Translations under genes and position numbers: made by a program
Notes under the pieces: model-generated
Databases searched by the model: none
Seen by the model: the letters and a program-made list of their open reading frames with translations, nothing else
Told to the model about the DNA's origin: nothing
Source of the DNA: a virus
Strand: one strand, 5' to 3'
Virus record (IMG/VR): IMGVR_UViG_3300045988_112234
Span: 51,374 to 115,373 of that record
Length of the DNA: 64,000 bases
In this document: positions 39,782 to 50,753 of the stretch, one piece after another
Layout of the letters: every line of letters begins with the position of its first letter
Numbering within the stretch: position 1 is the first letter of the stretch

Positions 39782-39927
39782 TTATTTTTTTAAGTTCTAT
39801 ACTACTAAATGCCAAAAATATCCATCTACTAGTTGAGATATATCTGGTTCTAAACTTTTTAGGTCTTTGAGAATGGAGTATGTAAATTCTTCTAAGATTT
39901 CTAAGTTATTATTGTTATTATTCATGT

Positions 39928-40278
39928 TCATTTTTCTCTAATATCTAGAATATCGTTGATTTTCCTTTCAATAAACTCATCAGAAGTATTTTCTTTTATT
40001 AGAGCATCAATGTCAGGCAACTCTACATCAACTTTATCTTCTTGTACTTTTGAAGTGAGCATACCAATTACTAATTTCGCCCAAGGACTATTAGCCATAT
40101 TTGTTAATGAATCCTTTTGGATTTCATAAGCTTTCTTTAATTCTCCATTATCACGGAAATATCTGAGAACATCTGTTAATGCAGCAACAAAGTTTTTGTC
40201 AGACATTGAATTGCTTTTAGCCTCTTCCAGTTTAATCATTAGAAAAAGCAATGATGAATGTAAATCTGTTTTGCTCAT
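39928..40278 (-). CDS. hypothetical protein (116 aa)
   Basis: ORF. Confidence 0.5.
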   Translation of the reverse strand: MSKTDLHSSLLFLMIKLEEAKSNSMSDKNFVAALTDVLRYFRDNGELKKAYEIQKDSLTNMANSPWAKLVIGMLTSKVQEDKVDVELPDIDALIKENTSDEFIERKINDILDIREK

Positions 40279-40280
40279 AA

Positions 40281-40655
40281 CTATTCTTCTCTTATACCAA
40301 ATGGAGTCCCATCTGCAAATGTATATTCTTTAATAGCACCTGAATAATTAGTATTATCATCAACATCTGTTATAAAACTATATTCGATTGCTCCTATTAG
40401 TTTAGTCCACCCAAACGGCTGGTGCTTTTGCATTTCTGCCCAGCACTCTTTTGCATCCTTGAATGGACGATACTTTGGTTCTGGCTTAACACGGTACTCT
40501 GTATTATTCCAAAACTCAATCTCTTTTATTTCCGTCCAATCATTCGGAACACTTGTGCCTTTTACGGCATTCGGCTTTGTCCTACACTCAATTGCCTTTT
40601 CTTCTGCAAAAGCTTGCAGAATAGGATAAAATTTTTTAGCTTGATTTCTGTTCAT
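40281..40655 (-). CDS. hypothetical protein (124 aa)
   Basis: ORF. Confidence 0.5.
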   Translation of the reverse strand: MNRNQAKKFYPILQAFAEEKAIECRTKPNAVKGTSVPNDWTEIKEIEFWNNTEYRVKPEPKYRPFKDAKECWAEMQKHQPFGWTKLIGAIEYSFITDVDDNTNYSGAIKEYTFADGTPFGIREE

Positions 40656-40660
40656 ATTAA

Positions 40661-41005
40661 TTATAATTTGATTGGAAAACCATGAACATAAACTTCACGA
40701 TTGTCATAAGTACCATCTTTTTTCTCCATATGGAAGAAAAGGGTCAAACTCAATGTCGCACACATAAACCTTTCCGATGGTGAACGATATGGAACTATTC
40801 TGGAAAGTTGACCTACACGTCCATCCTCATCCATAATCTTATCTCCAATTTTAACAGGCAAGGCTTTAATATAGTCTTCTTGAAATTGTTTCATTTCTTG
40901 AAGTAGCTCATCGCGTCTTACATTTAATTTGTCCCTTTTATCTATAAAAGATCTAATAATTTCTAGCCATCTTTCTGCATTCCTTTCTACTTCTTCTTTA
41001 GTCAT
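40661..41005 (-). CDS. hypothetical protein, MTKEE family paralog 1 (114 aa)
   Basis: shares MTKEE...LP.K.GDK...KKDGT..NRE with 42895-43200. Confidence 0.55.
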   Translation of the reverse strand: MTKEEVERNAERWLEIIRSFIDKRDKLNVRRDELLQEMKQFQEDYIKALPVKIGDKIMDEDGRVGQLSRIVPYRSPSERFMCATLSLTLFFHMEKKDGTYDNREVYVHGFPIKL

Positions 41006-41751
41006 ATTCTATTTATTTCTTTTATAGTAATATTAATACGGATTGAGAATCCATTACCTATTTTATACACTCTATGACCAACATAGACAGTTTTAATTTC
41101 GTAGGAGTGCTTCATTCTTTAGTTTTAGATTGATTTTTGTAAAACTCTGGAACTCTATTTACTTCCCACCAAGAACCTCCTTCATCGCCACAAGACACTA
41201 TCCATACTGGTTCTTTAGTATCTTTATCTTGACAGTACCTAAAACGTCATCATGCCAAAAGACAGAATCTACTTCAAAGTCTAAGTCCTCTAAAGTGATA
41301 TAGACTTTACAGGAAAATATATTTCTATCTTCATTATAGCGTCTAGCAAAAGCTTCCATCACTATTTACTAAGTCTATTTTAAGTATTTCTAGATTATTC
41401 TTTTCGACAATCTCTAGAATTGACTTTTTAACATTTATTTTACCCATTATTCATCCTCCAACTCTTTAAGTACATCCTCAATATTGCCCATAGCCTTCCA
41501 AAGAAGATTATGCTGAGTAGCACCGCCTTTATTGTATTCATCAAGCTGACTGAATGCTTGACTTAATAATTCCTTAATTTTGCTCATTACTTTCTCTCCT
41601 TTATATTACATGTTGCTTGGTCTCCTTCATAGTAAGGAGCACCAACTTTAGGTAATATTTGAGTATCCATATTACAGGAACATTGCATCACCCAAGGTGC
41701 GTTTACCTTTCCACATCTAGGGCATATCCATCCTTCTTGTGCCATATTATT

Positions 41752-42006
41752 TTATTTTTTAAAAACTACCGCAGAATCTACTGGTGTATTTCCTTCATAC
41801 GTGATACGTAATTCAGTTTTACCTTTATATACATCGATTGCTCGTGGTCTACTATTTATGTATCCAATAATAAGTAATAAACCAGTTATAAATCCGACAT
41901 AAGATATTATAATACCTATTTTTTCATCAGATTCATGTATGATTGCTATTCCTAAACAGATAGCAAGAATCACAAGAAGAATTCCTAATATTAACCAAAT
42001 TACCAT
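41752..42006 (-). CDS. small membrane protein (84 aa)
   Basis: two TM helices. Confidence 0.45.
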   Translation of the reverse strand: MVIWLILGILLVILAICLGIAIIHESDEKIGIIISYVGFITGLLLIIGYINSRPRAIDVYKGKTELRITYEGNTPVDSAVVFKK

Positions 42007-42308
42007 ATTCTTTTATTTTATCTTTTTCCTTTTATAGGAAAGAGTAGTTAATTACTCAACTATAACTTTCCAATCTTCTGCTAAGATATCACACTGAGTT
42101 GGAGTATAGAATCCAACATCACCATCTTTGCAGCGAATAGCAATGTATTCCTTATACAGAACTTTTCCATCTTTATCAGCAATAGAGTTTTCTATACTGC
42201 CGATGGAACATAATAAAGAAATTTATCTCCACTCCAACATTCACGTCTTACTTTCTTGCCATTTTTAATGGCTTCAATCATTTCTTGTATTTTCATATTA
42301 TTTATATA

Positions 42309-42599
42309 TTACTCTGTTACTTTCTCATAAGTCTTATCAAAAATATCAGGCTTACAAGGATAGAACTCTCCGTTTATACCTTTGATGATGTAATCACCAA
42401 TATTAGCTTTCATATTACCTTCTAATGTTGGAATATAAAACCCACCTTTAACATCATCAATGGTTGCTGATTTTCCAATTAAAGATGTTTCCATTCCTAT
42501 TTTAAAAACCCACTCGATACATTCTTCTATTGAATCATCGTTATTTAATAATCTAATAGCTTCAATAGTAACTGGCTTTTTTCTAAATTTCTTAATCAC
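42309..42599 (-). CDS. hypothetical protein (96 aa)
   Basis: ORF. Confidence 0.5.
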   Translation of the reverse strand: MIKKFRKKPVTIEAIRLLNNDDSIEECIEWVFKIGMETSLIGKSATIDDVKGGFYIPTLEGNMKANIGDYIIKGINGEFYPCKPDIFDKTYEKVTE

Positions 42600-42621
42600 A
42601 CTATTATTAAATTATTATTAA

Positions 42622-42888
42622 TTACTTGTTTGGAATACAACGATTCTCAAACTTCTTATAAGCATCTAGATAGAATTCATCCTTAACTTTATTGTATGTT
42701 ACTTCATAATACATATCATCTGGAAGTGTTGTTGAAAGCAGCCACTTTGCATTACCAAGAATATAACACTGCCATACTACATATACATCATACTCTTGTT
42801 TTTGGTCACTCTTATCTAAGTGCTCCTCAACATACTTACGTACAATCTCAATTACTTTTTTATTCATATTACTACTATTTATGCCCAA
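42622..42888 (-). CDS. hypothetical protein (88 aa)
   Basis: ORF. Confidence 0.5.
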   Translation of the reverse strand: MGINSSNMNKKVIEIVRKYVEEHLDKSDQKQEYDVYVVWQCYILGNAKWLLSTTLPDDMYYEVTYNKVKDEFYLDAYKKFENRCIPNK

Positions 42889-42894
42889 AAGCGA

Positions 42895-43200
42895 TTAACT
42901 AATCTTTTTGATACTATCAATTTCCATACTCCATAGTACAAACTCTCTATTGGAGCGAGTGCCATCTTTCTTAGCAGGGTTGATTCTTACTTCAATCTTG
43001 CCAGTATAGCCTCTATAACTTTTTTCCGGAACAATACTTTTAATCCAACAAACATCACATCTGGAACAGCTAACTTTGTCGCCAACCTTGTATGGAAGAC
43101 TTTCGATGTAATCATTTACGTAAGAACAAATCTCATCGTTAGCATCATTGATAATGCTTAGTTGTTTGTCAACCTTTACTTTTAATTCTTCTTTTGTCAT
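42895..43200 (-). CDS. hypothetical protein, MTKEE family paralog 2 (101 aa)
   Basis: paralog of 40661-41005. Confidence 0.55.
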   Translation of the reverse strand: MTKEELKVKVDKQLSIINDANDEICSYVNDYIESLPYKVGDKVSCSRCDVCWIKSIVPEKSYRGYTGKIEVRINPAKKDGTRSNREFVLWSMEIDSIKKIS

Positions 43201-43430
43201 ATCTTTTAAAATTATGTCCGAAGACGTTAAACATTTAACAATACTCTTTTGAGCTTTATTCGCAAATTCTCTTTTAACTCTTTAGCTTCACTCCAAGGTG
43301 TATATGTTGTGGTATAAAAATTATAACTACGTTCATCTACACAATGTAAGCCTGTTATGAGTAATTCTAACTCTTCGTTTGATAATACAACATTTTTATC
43401 CATACTTCTATTATTTATGCCTGAAGGTAA

Positions 43431-43931
43431 TTAATAATTGCGTCTTATCTCAACTTTCCACTCTTTAGAAGAGAACTTCTTTTTGAGGTTTTTAATTAAA
43501 TTCTCTATCTCTTCAAGAGATTCGAAGGCATTAACTAAATCCCCTACTTCATACCAATCATCCCATCTGTCTGGTTGCTCATCTTTCTCCTTTTGAGTGA
43601 GTGGTCTAACAAACTCCCCTTTGATGGTTTGATAGTCGTTTGGAATTTCAATTCCACCCAAATATCCACTTACCGAGCTGTTACCACACATATTGCTTAC
43701 TTTAATATACAATTTTGCGTAATAATGTATTGCTCCACCACAAAGACCACAAAAAGAACTAATTTCGATATTCATGAGTCTTTTTTTGTCTTTAGTATAG
43801 CTACCCATAGTTGTATATGTTTTATCAGAAAGATCAAACTGAAATCCTTCTCCAATATTCTGAGGAATAACCCCAGTTATCTTAGATATATCATATCCAT
43901 TTTCTATTCGTAAATAGCTGTTTGTATTCAT
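43431..43931 (-). CDS. hypothetical protein (166 aa)
   Basis: ORF. Confidence 0.55.
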   Translation of the reverse strand: MNTNSYLRIENGYDISKITGVIPQNIGEGFQFDLSDKTYTTMGSYTKDKKRLMNIEISSFCGLCGGAIHYYAKLYIKVSNMCGNSSVSGYLGGIEIPNDYQTIKGEFVRPLTQKEKDEQPDRWDDWYEVGDLVNAFESLEEIENLIKNLKKKFSSKEWKVEIRRNY

Positions 43932-44253
43932 ACGCTTTGCTTTTTACACTAAGTTCTTTCTAGCCCAAGCTTCAGCCTTTGGCTTAGTCTTAAACTTCTT
44001 ATCTTTCACTTCATGCCAAACTCCATAAGGACCGGTCTTATACTCGATGAGAAACAAACCTTTCTCAATCTTGACTATTCTATATTCATAATACATACGC
44101 TTTATTTTTTAAGTTTCTTATATCTTTTATACCAATCTGGTGAGAAATAACCACATAGATATGCTGCTATAACGCTACAAATTAAAAAATAAACCGTTAA
44201 AAATATCCAGAAAGCAATTCCTAGAATTTCATTTTTTACTTCGCCCATACGCT

Positions 44254-44496
44254 TTACTCCTTAACTTCTTTAAAGATTACACACTTATTATCAGAACGTT
44301 CTCTTATTGTCCATTCCCAATATAGTCGATTATTCAAAGCGTTCCAATTATGATTTTTACACTTCAGCGTATTATTAGCGCACCATCCATGGGAACACCC
44401 AAACGCACAATTCCAACAATTTCCTGTGGCATCTTCAACAACAATGTATTTTTTGCCACAGTAATTAAAATATTCTCCAACTTTAAGCTCTTTCAT
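44254..44496 (-). CDS. Cys-rich small protein (80 aa)
   Basis: N-terminal K.GE.F.Y..K.Y.VV shared with 46471-47109. Confidence 0.5.
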   Translation of the reverse strand: MKELKVGEYFNYCGKKYIVVEDATGNCWNCAFGCSHGWCANNTLKCKNHNWNALNNRLYWEWTIRERSDNKCVIFKEVKE

Positions 44497-44921
44497 TGCT
44501 CACCTCCTTTTGGGAACAAATCATCAATATTGATATATTCTACTAATGAGCCTTTAATGTAACAATCCCAAGCCTTTGTATCGACGACATCAGCTTCAAA
44601 ACATTCTTCTTCTTTGTCTTTGTAATGAAGCAATAAATAGTTGCATCTACGTTTTGGTGCTTCACTAGCAGGATGCCATAAATTCTTCAAGAACTCATTG
44701 ATAGCCCACTTAGCACCAGCCTTGAAATCTATAATACATTGATTACGTTTTTCTTCATTAGTAATAGGATAATTCCATTCGGCTTCATCCCTATCATAAA
44801 ACTCACCAATCATATAGACTTTTGCAACTTCTTCTATTTTCTTATCGTCCATCATGTTTTTAAGTTTTATAGTGACCTCCACGACCAGTATTGTTCTGGG
44901 GCTAAGAAGGTATATGGGCAT
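44493..44921 (-). CDS. hypothetical protein (142 aa)
   Basis: ORF. Confidence 0.5.
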   Translation of the reverse strand: MPIYLLSPRTILVVEVTIKLKNMMDDKKIEEVAKVYMIGEFYDRDEAEWNYPITNEEKRNQCIIDFKAGAKWAINEFLKNLWHPASEAPKRRCNYLLLHYKDKEEECFEADVVDTKAWDCYIKGSLVEYINIDDLFPKGGEQ

Positions 44922-44966
44922 AAAGCCTTAACTTACTTTCGCTCATTCTGTGTCGTGGAGGTTGTA

Positions 44967-45916
44967 CTATTCAGGATTATTTCTTGTGCCTAGAAGATGT
45001 TCATTACCTTCGTAAGGAATACAATACTTACGACTAAATCCGATACACCGAAAAGGATATTGTGATTCTTCTCTATAATGAGAAAAGAGATCAGCTTCCC
45101 ATACATCATCTTTCTCATTTCGCCCCAACACTTTATCGAATGGCTTAAACTCACACTTTGGCTTCAAATCCACAATCTGTTTCTTCTCACTATCCCAAGC
45201 CTTGCCTTTCTTTGTAAGGGCATCAAAAAGTTCTTTCTTTTCATCCTCTCTAGCAGGATAAAGTCTTGAAAGAAGAAAATTATCTATAGGTACATTAGTT
45301 TCAACAAGTTTCTTATGTCTAATCAAAGAAACTATTGATTCTGTTATATTTTCATCCTTATGAAGTATTAAAGTTGTATGTCTTGTAAATGAATCTTCAT
45401 CACAACTAAGTATATCTCCATCCTTAAACTTTGGTTGCTTTTCAATCTCCAAAGTTTCAAGATTGAGCTTGCCATCCAAACGCTTCTTTATGGTGTTAAT
45501 GTAGGTCTGAGCTTCAAGGGAATATCTTTCAGTTGTGCATAAGAATTCTTCATAATATACGATTTTATTCTTATCTTCACTGTTAAGGTAATGCTTACAA
45601 TAAAAACTTGTACATCGTACCATTTGTCAAAGATAACCTCTGTGCCACCATCACCTTTTTCCCATTGGAACTTAGACCAATCACGCATTTCCTTAGATGG
45701 GAAGATAATACATTCTCCGCCATCATACATATTACCAAATTTAATTAAGGTACATTCTCCAGATTGTGTTAAACCAAATTTTGAAGTACAGAAGTTTATT
45801 TTAAAAATTTCATCTGTTACTGCTTCAGAACTACATTTACCATGAATCATAGAATACAATTTAGTACCCCTTGGTTTATTCTTCAAGATTTCTGCTATAT
45901 TAAGTTTCTGTTCCAT
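44967..45916 (-). CDS. one gene of about 316 aa apparently split by a frameshift in a T5 homopolymer near 45600 (track ORFs 45488-45916 and 44967-45623)
   Basis: adding one T in gtttttatt joins ...FDKWYDVQVF to YCKHYLNSEDKNK... in frame. Confidence 0.45.
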
Positions 45917-46117
45917 AATCTACTTAATTTTAATAAAACATATTGTATATTATATCTTCATATTTAAGTTTATCTATTACTTTATTCAAGTAATCGATAG
46001 CCACTTTACAATCAGGTCTAAATTTTTTTATCTCAGAAACTAGTTGCTCTAAATCTGATAATCTAGTATTCATAATTAGCTATTAACACTAGTTACAATA
46101 GAGTTTAAAACTTTATT

Positions 46118-46474
46118 TCAATTAGATTCTGGTCTTTCTTCAAAATCTGGATCTTGAATATCCTTTATTACAGCAAGATAAGCATCTTTAAATTGGTGAG
46201 GAGTAATCTTTTCCCAATCTTCAATATCATATATATAAGAATAGTCTCTAGTGATACAATCCTTATCTAAACATATATAATATATGTAATTATCTTTTAT
46301 CGAAACAATTTTTATTAAATCATTCCATTTTGTATTTAAGTAACAATCACCAACAGTAAACTTAGAAATTGCATTTCTCTTTTCTAGTGCTTTAATTTTA
46401 CTATAAAGATTATTACTTTCTTCTTGTAATTTCTTATATGTATTTTTTAGTTCTTTTAATGTTTCTATAATCAA
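46118..46474 (-). CDS. hypothetical protein (118 aa)
   Basis: ORF. Confidence 0.5.
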   Translation of the reverse strand: MIIETLKELKNTYKKLQEESNNLYSKIKALEKRNAISKFTVGDCYLNTKWNDLIKIVSIKDNYIYYICLDKDCITRDYSYIYDIEDWEKITPHQFKDAYLAVIKDIQDPDFEERPESN

Positions 46475-47109
46475 TTTTTATAAATAGCATCAAGAATACT
46501 TCTAAAATTAGGATTAGTTATTACATATTTAGCATCATCTTTATTTTTAAATACAGGAATACCATAGTAAACACTTGCCTGTGGACTTATTGCATTATAA
46601 CGATATCCACCATTATCTACTAAGTGCGCACCATAATAAATGGCATAACCTATAGTCTTATCATCATCTACATTATAATTCCAATCTCCATTAAAATATC
46701 TAGCTATATTCATTAATTGTGCTAGGGCTTTGGATTTCTTTGTATCATTACTATGTGTATAAACATTAGTATTGACTACAGAATTAAAGGAATTAATTAT
46801 CTCACTATAAGTAATATACTTAGGTTTAAACTTAATTATTCCTTTAGCTAAATCACTGTCTTCTAAATCTATCTCCATTCCTTCAGGAATATCAATAGTT
46901 AATTGATTATTCTTTATTTCCATATTATTTATTTCTTTAAATACTACATTAGTTTTATCAAATCTTATACTAGAGACGCATAGACCTATATGTGATCTAA
47001 TAATACTACAATCGTTCTCTCTAAATGCACAATTCGCACATATATCAGATTTTACTACCTGATAAATTTTACTATTATAAGTAAATGTTTCACCTATTTT
47101 TCTTTCCAT
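46471..47109 (-). CDS. hypothetical protein (212 aa); N-terminal domain paralogous to 44254-44496
   Basis: MERKIGETFTYNSKIYQVV...CANCAF. Confidence 0.55.
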   Translation of the reverse strand: MERKIGETFTYNSKIYQVVKSDICANCAFRENDCSIIRSHIGLCVSSIRFDKTNVVFKEINNMEIKNNQLTIDIPEGMEIDLEDSDLAKGIIKFKPKYITYSEIINSFNSVVNTNVYTHSNDTKKSKALAQLMNIARYFNGDWNYNVDDDKTIGYAIYYGAHLVDNGGYRYNAISPQASVYYGIPVFKNKDDAKYVITNPNFRSILDAIYKN

Positions 47110-47128
47110 AATCCTTTTGTATATATGC

Positions 47129-47503
47129 TTAACTTTTTATATAATCTAGAGCTTTGTCATACTCTTCTCTAGTGCACTCTCTACAATATGCATTACTGAA
47201 GGCTCTATAATAAGGATAAACTTCCATGGTAGTATACAGCTCAGATGTATTAACTTCATACACAAATATAACATCTTCTTTAATATCATAGACTTTACAG
47301 TATAAACCATTATTATCAGTATAATAGCCCTTCTTGATATTCTTTAATACTATTTTATCTCTTAGCTCATTAATCTTATTTACTAAAGCTGTATCTTGCG
47401 CACTTAATAGAGTTCGTTGCTTTTGCAATTCTTTAATTTGATTAAAAATTTCTTGATTGTCCATAATTAATTTTGTTAATGTATTAAATATAAAAAGGAG
47501 CAT
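47129..47503 (-). CDS. hypothetical protein (124 aa)
   Basis: ORF. Confidence 0.5.
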   Translation of the reverse strand: MLLFIFNTLTKLIMDNQEIFNQIKELQKQRTLLSAQDTALVNKINELRDKIVLKNIKKGYYTDNNGLYCKVYDIKEDVIFVYEVNTSELYTTMEVYPYYRAFSNAYCRECTREEYDKALDYIKS

Positions 47504-47555
47504 ACTAACTAAAAGTTAATATACTCCTATGAAACCTGGCATTTCAGTCTATCAA

Positions 47556-47760
47556 AGACTTTGGAGAAGTAATACGAATCGAACGTACTTCGACTACTTA
47601 GATAATAATCATGTTTCGCCTTATCACCTGTCCTACATACTCCGGATTATGTAGGTAACTTCTCTTTTCTCTAATTAGGTACATAATTTCCTAACTAGGT
47701 ACAACAACTGAAACTTCGCAGTGGGGGGACTTACGAATCTAACGTACTTTGAAACTTTCG
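47556..47760 (-). repeat. two degenerate tRNA-like elements sharing the GTACGTT(C/A)GATTCGTA T-arm-like core
   Basis: cgaatcgaacgtact at about 47575 and cgaatctaacgtact at about 47735; neither folds into a clean cloverleaf by hand. Confidence 0.3.
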
Positions 47761-47949
47761 TTCACAATTCCTGAGGGTTACTAGAATTACCCATTCATTG
47801 TTTCCGTTTCTTATCAATCTGCCCTATAATATTCGCGACTATATAGGTATCCCCCAAATTGGCTGCATTAGTTGGTTAATATTCTTTTACCAGTCGGGTG
47901 CAACCCATGCGTCTAAGTATACTTAGAATACAAACCAACCCGATTTTCG

Positions 47950-48031
47950 TCGGAATAGTGGGACTCGAACCCACACGCATTGCTGCATATGCTCCTAGGG
48001 CATATGTGTCTACCAATTCCACCATACTCCG
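47950..48031 (-). tRNA. class II tRNA-Leu (anticodon UAG) with palindromic anticodon loop CCTAGGA (C at position 33)
   Basis: acceptor CGGAGTA/TATTCCG, 6-bp anticodon stem ATATGC/GCATAT, 13-nt variable arm, T-arm GTGGG-TTCGAGT-CCCAC; overlaps spurious ORF 47876-48070. Confidence 0.6.
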
Positions 48032-48215
48032 AGTTGCCTTTTGTCTACAAAGTTGAGAGGCATAACTCAACTATCGGACTTTTTCTTTTTCGGGTCTTAT
48101 TTATACTGGTTTAACCCCACTTACATGTTATCACAACATCATAGTGAATCTAGCCATTAATCGCTAGTAATCATCAGAATGCCTTCCCAGTTTCATTTAT
48201 TATTCAGGATAAAAT

Positions 48216-48614
48216 TTAGATTTCTTCTAATAACCCTAAATATTTAATATCAGTACTAACTACTTCTCTATATGCATAGTTGATATATACAGTAGCACCT
48301 ACTGGAATTTCAAATATTCCTATTTCAGCACTATACATTCTACCCTTAGCCATTTCTTCAGTTAAGTATGAATGATAACCTTCATGTATATAAAAACGAT
48401 CATAATTCCAAAGTTCTCCCACACATCCCATAACAGATCTATACCTTTCAAATTTAGGTCCTATCTTTACTGTAGGCATAGTCTGAGATTTATAGTATCT
48501 AAAATTTTGATATAAACTTATAAAGATACCTAAAGTTTTTGCCGTGCCTACTTTATAAACTTTCAAAGGCTTCTTCAATACAATTGGAGTTGCCATATAA
48601 TTTGACCAACACAT
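48216..48614 (-). CDS. hypothetical protein, MCW...EGYHSY family paralog 1 (132 aa)
   Basis: paralog of 49078-49515. Confidence 0.55.
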   Translation of the reverse strand: MCWSNYMATPIVLKKPLKVYKVGTAKTLGIFISLYQNFRYYKSQTMPTVKIGPKFERYRSVMGCVGELWNYDRFYIHEGYHSYLTEEMAKGRMYSAEIGIFEIPVGATVYINYAYREVVSTDIKYLGLLEEI

Positions 48615-48638
48615 AATTTAATTATAAATTGTTTTACT

Positions 48639-48857
48639 TTATTTAAATAATTCTATAATTCTCCAATAGATGATTGTATGATGAATACTATATTGTAATA
48701 TCCAAAATAACAATAGAAGTGTACTATACGTTCCTATTCCAAAACTATAAAATATTCGTTTATCTGAATAACTGGAACTAGTATACATTCCCATAAATAT
48801 AGCAATATAAAGTATTATCATAAATATAGCCATTATTAATTGAATAAACCAAGGCAT
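48639..48857 (-). CDS. small membrane protein (72 aa)
   Basis: hydrophobic. Confidence 0.45.
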   Translation of the reverse strand: MPWFIQLIMAIFMIILYIAIFMGMYTSSSYSDKRIFYSFGIGTYSTLLLLFWILQYSIHHTIIYWRIIELFK

Positions 48858-48859
48858 AA

Positions 48860-49081
48860 TTATTTATATGTATTGGCATCCAAATCAATAGCTGTCATTC
48901 CTTCTCTAAATTCGGAATAAATAACTATCTTATGAGGTTTCTTTTTAGAATCATACATTATTTCTAATGTTTTATTCTCATAAGCCCAGCTTCTCTTACC
49001 TGTCCACGTGTCAGGATAATTGTAACTATTGACTAAAACAACAATTAATAATAATCCTATAATTAATAATACTTTTTTCAT
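48860..49081 (-). CDS. small secreted/membrane-anchored protein (73 aa)
   Basis: N-terminal signal/TM. Confidence 0.45.
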   Translation of the reverse strand: MKKVLLIIGLLLIVVLVNSYNYPDTWTGKRSWAYENKTLEIMYDSKKKPHKIVIYSEFREGMTAIDLDANTYK

Positions 49082-49515
49082 AATTTTATATATTTACCTG
49101 TGTAGCGAATTTTATTAGAAACAATTTCACCTTCTTCGTTTGTAAAATATACAAAACCTGAGGGAATTATAAAGGTAGCTAAATATAAAGAATTGTCTAA
49201 TCTAAATATTCTATCACGATTTCCACACTGTATAGTTTTTACACAACCTCCAAAGATGTCCGGCACTATTGAATCACATACGAAATTTACAGAAGAGTAA
49301 CTATGATAACCTTCTGTAATTTTTGCAAAAATTGAACAAGGTTCAATCATTACTCCTAAAGTTAAAGAAGGCTGTATATCTTTTGAATAGTAAGTATAAT
49401 CCATAAATGGAGATATACAATATTTCTTAGTAGCTTTCTTAACTATTTTATATATATTAATATCTTCTTTAGCTATTTGAGCTTTTAATTTATTAATATT
49501 ACAAGTCCAACACAT
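49078..49515 (-). CDS. hypothetical protein, MCW...EGYHSY family paralog 2 (145 aa)
   Basis: paralog of 48216-48614. Confidence 0.55.
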   Translation of the reverse strand: MCWTCNINKLKAQIAKEDINIYKIVKKATKKYCISPFMDYTYYSKDIQPSLTLGVMIEPCSIFAKITEGYHSYSSVNFVCDSIVPDIFGGCVKTIQCGNRDRIFRLDNSLYLATFIIPSGFVYFTNEEGEIVSNKIRYTGKYIKL

Positions 49516-49861
49516 AATTATTTAACTAATTTATAGAATCCTAGTTCTATGGCATCCTTTCTATGCTTGAGAAAAGATGCCATTTACCTATAATACTATT
49601 TTGTCCATTCCAAATCAATAATTTTATTTATATCCTTCATCTTTGTGCATAAATTTAGTTAAATCTAAATAATTGATAAGCTGATCAGCATACCATTATT
49701 TACTTTCTCCTAAATCCTCATAATAGTACCACTGTTTCTTAGAATTAACATAAAACATAATAATACCATTATTTACTTTTATTTTAGTAATTAATAGTTC
49801 ATCTCTACCTGCCTTAGTTCAAAACATATTAAAGCAAACTGTTCTCCGCATAAATCAGATA

Positions 49862-50278
49862 CTAAGTATTCTTTACCATCATTAGGTATACTATTAATAT
49901 ATTTGAATAATTGAGTATAGTCACTATTAATATTATTAAGCTTTCTTTGCTGATACACTTAATAAATTCTTCTTTGGATATTTCCTTAGCACCTTCCAAT
50001 TTTTTACTTAGCTCCTCTACATTCCAATATTTACGGCTAAGATGCCCTGCCGTACTTATTAAAGTACAATTAAATACAAAATAGTCAGAATTAAGACACT
50101 TACCTCCAGTGTATAATAAAGAATATCCTTTCAATTTAAAGAATCTTCTATATCCATCAGAACTAGGTTTTGTAGACACCTCCTTTAAAAGTTGTAAATG
50201 ATCATTATTACGTTTCAACATTTCCTCTAATCTGAGCTTCTCAGATTCAAGAGTGTTTATTTCATTTGTAAAATCCAT
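49862..50278 (-). CDS. hypothetical protein (138 aa)
   Basis: ORF. Confidence 0.5.
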   Translation of the reverse strand: MDFTNEINTLESEKLRLEEMLKRNNDHLQLLKEVSTKPSSDGYRRFFKLKGYSLLYTGGKCLNSDYFVFNCTLISTAGHLSRKYWNVEELSKKLEGAKEISKEEFIKCISKESLIILIVTILNYSNILIVYLMMVKNT

Positions 50279-50361
50279 ATGTTAATGTGTTAAATAAAAG
50301 AGCCTAACTAGATTAACTAATTAGACTCTCCAAAATAATAATAATATGATAAAAGAAATGG

Positions 50362-50435
50362 TCCGTGTTGAGGGACTTGAACCCCCGACCACTTAGGTAT
50401 AAGCTGAGCACTCTGACCAACTGAGTTAAACACGG
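50362..50435 (-). tRNA. tRNA with anticodon UAU (Ile, AUA-reading) by hand parse
   Basis: acceptor CCGTGTT/AACACGG, D-arm ACTC/GAGT, anticodon loop CTTATAC, T-arm GGGGG-TTCAAGT-CCCTC. Confidence 0.55.
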
Positions 50436-50442
50436 ATATAAA

Positions 50443-50510
50443 AGTGTCTGAGGGTCGCTACTTCCTCTCCTCCCTAATTGCTAGCAGGGCGTGCACTTGC
50501 CACTAAGACA
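50443..50510 (-). ncRNA. GC-rich about 68-nt element closed by a GTGTCT/AGACAC stem between two tRNA genes (possible small RNA or processing element)
   Basis: local GC island in an AT-rich spacer; no T-loop motif. Confidence 0.25.
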
Positions 50511-50681
50511 CTTAGCGCTTTAGGCTTTTTATAAGAAGCCTTAACTTAATAAAGTTCTCGCATAATTTATAACCAAAAACAGATAAATAATTCCATTTTC
50601 ACAAACAGAATTTTTACCGAAAACTTAGAAAATTCTTAAAACTTATGAGTATAAAACATCGAATATGAATAATAATAGAGT

Positions 50682-50753
50682 AAATATGGACAGACTCGAA
50701 CTGTCAACCTCTGGTTACCTAGCCAGTGCCCTACCGCTTTAAACTACATATTT
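50682..50753 (-). tRNA. tRNA-like gene with an 8-nt anticodon loop CTAGGTAA on a 4-bp stem (identity unresolved)
   Basis: good acceptor AAATATG/CATATTT and T-arm GACAG-TTCGAGT-CTGTC; the anticodon stem fits only as CTGG/CCAG with an 8-nt loop. Confidence 0.4.

Noticed and set aside
47876-48070. 64-aa minus-strand ORF from the track
   Set aside because: It lies on top of the tRNA-Leu(UAG) gene and its GC-rich arms, so it is spurious.
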